Assembly (NCBI GenBank): GCA_963812155.1
Contig: CAWETW010000003.1
Span: forward strand, 928,001 to 992,000
From: Vulcanimicrobiota bacterium
Lineage (GTDB): Bacteria; Vulcanimicrobiota; Vulcanimicrobiia; Vulcanimicrobiales; Vulcanimicrobiaceae
Length of the DNA: 64,000 nucleotides
Direction of reading: 5' to 3'
The translations under genes were made by a program, and so were the position numbers. Shown piece after piece: positions 61,811 through 64,000 of this stretch. Every line of letters begins with the position of its first letter. The stretch's first letter is position 1. Under the pieces are notes generated by a model. The model was not told where the DNA came from, made no database searches, and was given only the letters and a program-made list of their open reading frames with translations.

Positions 61811-62347
61811 ATGAGAATTCGATCGACGACGATTTTCGCGGTGCGTCGCGACGGCAAGCTCGCGATCGCCGGCGACGGCCAGGTGACGCTCGACAAGACG
61901 ATCGTGAAGCACGGCGCGCGCAAAGTGCGCAAGATCGCGGGCGGCAAGGTGCTGGCCGGCTTCGCGGGATCGGCCGCCGACGGCATCACGCTGCTCGAGA
62001 AGTTCGAGAACAAGTATCGGCGAGTACAAGGATCTGCACGCGCGCCGCCGTCGAGCTGGCCAAGGATTGGCGGCAAGACCGCGCGCTGCGCCGCCTCGAG
62101 GCGCTGCTGATCGTCGGAACGCCCGGAACATCTGTTCGTGCTCTCCGGTACCGGCGACGTGATCGAACCCGACGAAGGCATCGCCGCGATCGGCAGCGGC
62201 GGCCCCTACGCGCAAGCGGCCGCGGCGGCGCTGCTGCGCAACACCACGCTGGCCGCCGAGGAGATCGCGCGCAAGGCGCTCGGAGATCGCTGGCGAGATC
62301 TGCATCTACACCAACGACGACATCATCGTCGAAACGATCGAGGTTGA
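61811..62347 (+). CDS. hslV: ATP-dependent protease peptidase subunit HslV (indels)
   Basis: STTI..., [25 protein letters not shown] and AIGSGG.YA. Confidence 0.93.
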
Positions 62348-62348
62348 T

Positions 62349-63813
62349 TTGACGGCTACGACGCTACCGGCGGGAACGCTCGATCCAGGCACGCTGACGC
62401 CGCGCCAGATCGTCGCGGAACTCGACAAGTACATCGTCGGCCAAGGCAAGGCGAAACGCGCCGTCGCGATCGCGCTGCGCAATCGCTACCGGCGCGACAC
62501 GCGCTGCGCGAAGACCTGCGCGACGAGATCACGCCGAAGAACATCCTGATGATCGGTCCGACCGGCGTCGGCAAGACCGAGATCGCGCGCCGCTTGGCCG
62601 GCTCGTCGGCGCGCCGTTCGTGAAAGTCGAAGCGACGAAGTACACCGAGGTCGGCTACGTCGGCCGCGACGTCGAGTCGATGGTGCGCGATTTGGTCGAA
62701 GCCGCGATTCGCATGGTGAGCGACGAGCGCCGCGCCGAAGTGCGCGAAGCCGCCGAGCATCACGCCGTCGAGCGCATCATCGACGTGCTCCATCCGGAGA
62801 CGCGCCCACCGCCAGCGCAAGCCGGCGGCAATCCGTTACCGCGACGCTCGGCTCGATCTTCGGCGAACAACTTCCAACCCGCAGCAGCCGGCCCCGGCGC
62901 CGCAGCCGCCGCCGGCGGCGCACCGCCCGACAGCCGCAACGTGCGCGAACAGACGCGCGCCGAAATCGAGCGCGGCTTCTACGACGTGCGCTTGATCGAA
63001 ATCGAAGTCGAAGAAACGCCGAGCCTGCCGATCGGCATGATCGGCGGCATGGATCAAGGCGGGGGCGCCGACATCGGCGAGATGCTCGGCGGCATTCTTC
63101 CCAAACGAACGCAGCAAGAAACGCGTGACGGTCGCCGACGCGCGGCGCATCTTCGCGCAAGAAGAAGCGCAAAAACTCATCGACATGGATGCGGTCAAGC
63201 GCGAAGCGCTGCGCCGCGCCGGCGAAGACGGCATCATCTTCATCGACGAGATCGACAAGGTCGCCGGGCGCGAAGGCTCGCGCGGCGGCCCGGACGTTTC
63301 GCGCGAAGGCGTGCAGCGCGACATTCTGCCGATCGTCGAAGGCTCGACCGTCAACACGAAGTACGGCACGATCAAGACCGACCACGTGCTGTTCATCGCG
63401 GCCGGCGCGTTTCACATCAGCAAGCCGTCCGACCTGATCCCCGAACTGCAAGGCCGCTTTCCGATTCGCGTCGAGCTGGATTCGCTCACCGCCGACGATT
63501 TCAAAACGATTCTCACGCAGCCGAAGAACGCGCTGATCGAGCAGTACAAGGCGACTGCTCGCGACCGAGAACGTCACGCTCGATTTCCGTCCCGACGCCA
63601 TCGACCAGATCGCGACCTTCGCGATGCGAGTGAACGAAACCGGAGAAAACATCGGCGCGCGCCGTCTGCACACCGTGCTCGAGCGGCTTCTCGAAGACGT
63701 CAGCTTTGCGGCGCCCGAGGAAGCCGGCACCGTGCGTCATTGACGCCGCCTACGTCCGCGAACGGCTCGAAGACATCGTTGAGAACGCCGATCTTTCTGG
63801 GTATATCCTGTAG
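62349..63813 (+). CDS. hslU: ATP-dependent protease ATPase subunit HslU (indels)
   Basis: [51 protein letters not shown] and [11 protein letters not shown]. Confidence 0.93.
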
Positions 63814-63879
63814 AGCGTTCCTAATGGCTTTCACATCTGCTCAGAAGGGGACAGAGCAGACCCAAGAGGATTTTACGGC

Positions 63880-64000
63880 ATGAAGAAGTCAATCGGCCTC
63901 ATCTTCGCCAGCGTGCTGGCGGCCGCTCTCGTTGCCGGTTGCAACTCCAGCGGCAGCAATAACAACAACAACGGCTTCGGAACCAACTGCGGCGGTCCGC
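63880..64000 (+). CDS. Lipoprotein, truncated by the window end
   Basis: [29 protein letters not shown] lipobox. Confidence 0.75.
   Translation, partial: MKKSIGLIFASVLAAALVAGCNSSGSNNNNNGFGTNCGGP

Overview
High-GC bacterial window. A TonB-dependent receptor and a Wza-type export protein indicate a diderm. The receptor style and the Firmicutes-like topA-trmFO-hslVU order suggest Candidatus Eremiobacterota/Vulcanimicrobiota, but this is inference only. Four blocks: (1) 1-10.7 kb, mixed accessory genes: membrane-anchored regulator, serine hydrolase, TMEM175 channel, SixA, PfkB kinase, Gly/Asn-rich secreted protein, secreted adenosine-deaminase-like enzyme, VIT1 and a metal permease. (2) ~10.7-39 kb, a surface-polysaccharide island that looks more AT-rich by eye. 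It has Wza, Wzc, a priming transferase, a Wzy/ligase, GT4s, a WecC-like dehydrogenase, a GLCE-type C5-epimerase, an Amj flippase but no Wzx, an aminosugar/GT2/deacetylase cassette, two GT-C enzymes and three LuxR-type regulators. It also holds an unannotated 50-aa secreted-type peptide with a duplicated DTPGGP motif directly upstream of a helical-repeat LuxR regulator, a candidate peptide-signalling system and the top finding. (3) 39-51 kb, a putative methylated-amine catabolic locus: two divergent Rieske oxygenases, a sarcosine-oxidase-family enzyme, a VPS10/BNR protein, a TonB receptor and a phytoene-dehydrogenase-like flavoprotein. (4) 51-64 kb, housekeeping genes: GerMN, amidase, murI, secG, oppDF, a histone-H1-like protein, topA, trmFO and hslVU. 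Beyond ~55.6 kb there are many indels that look like sequencing errors. No rRNA, tRNA, CRISPR array, integrase or transposase was recognised. All calls come from motif recognition by eye; no database searches were run.
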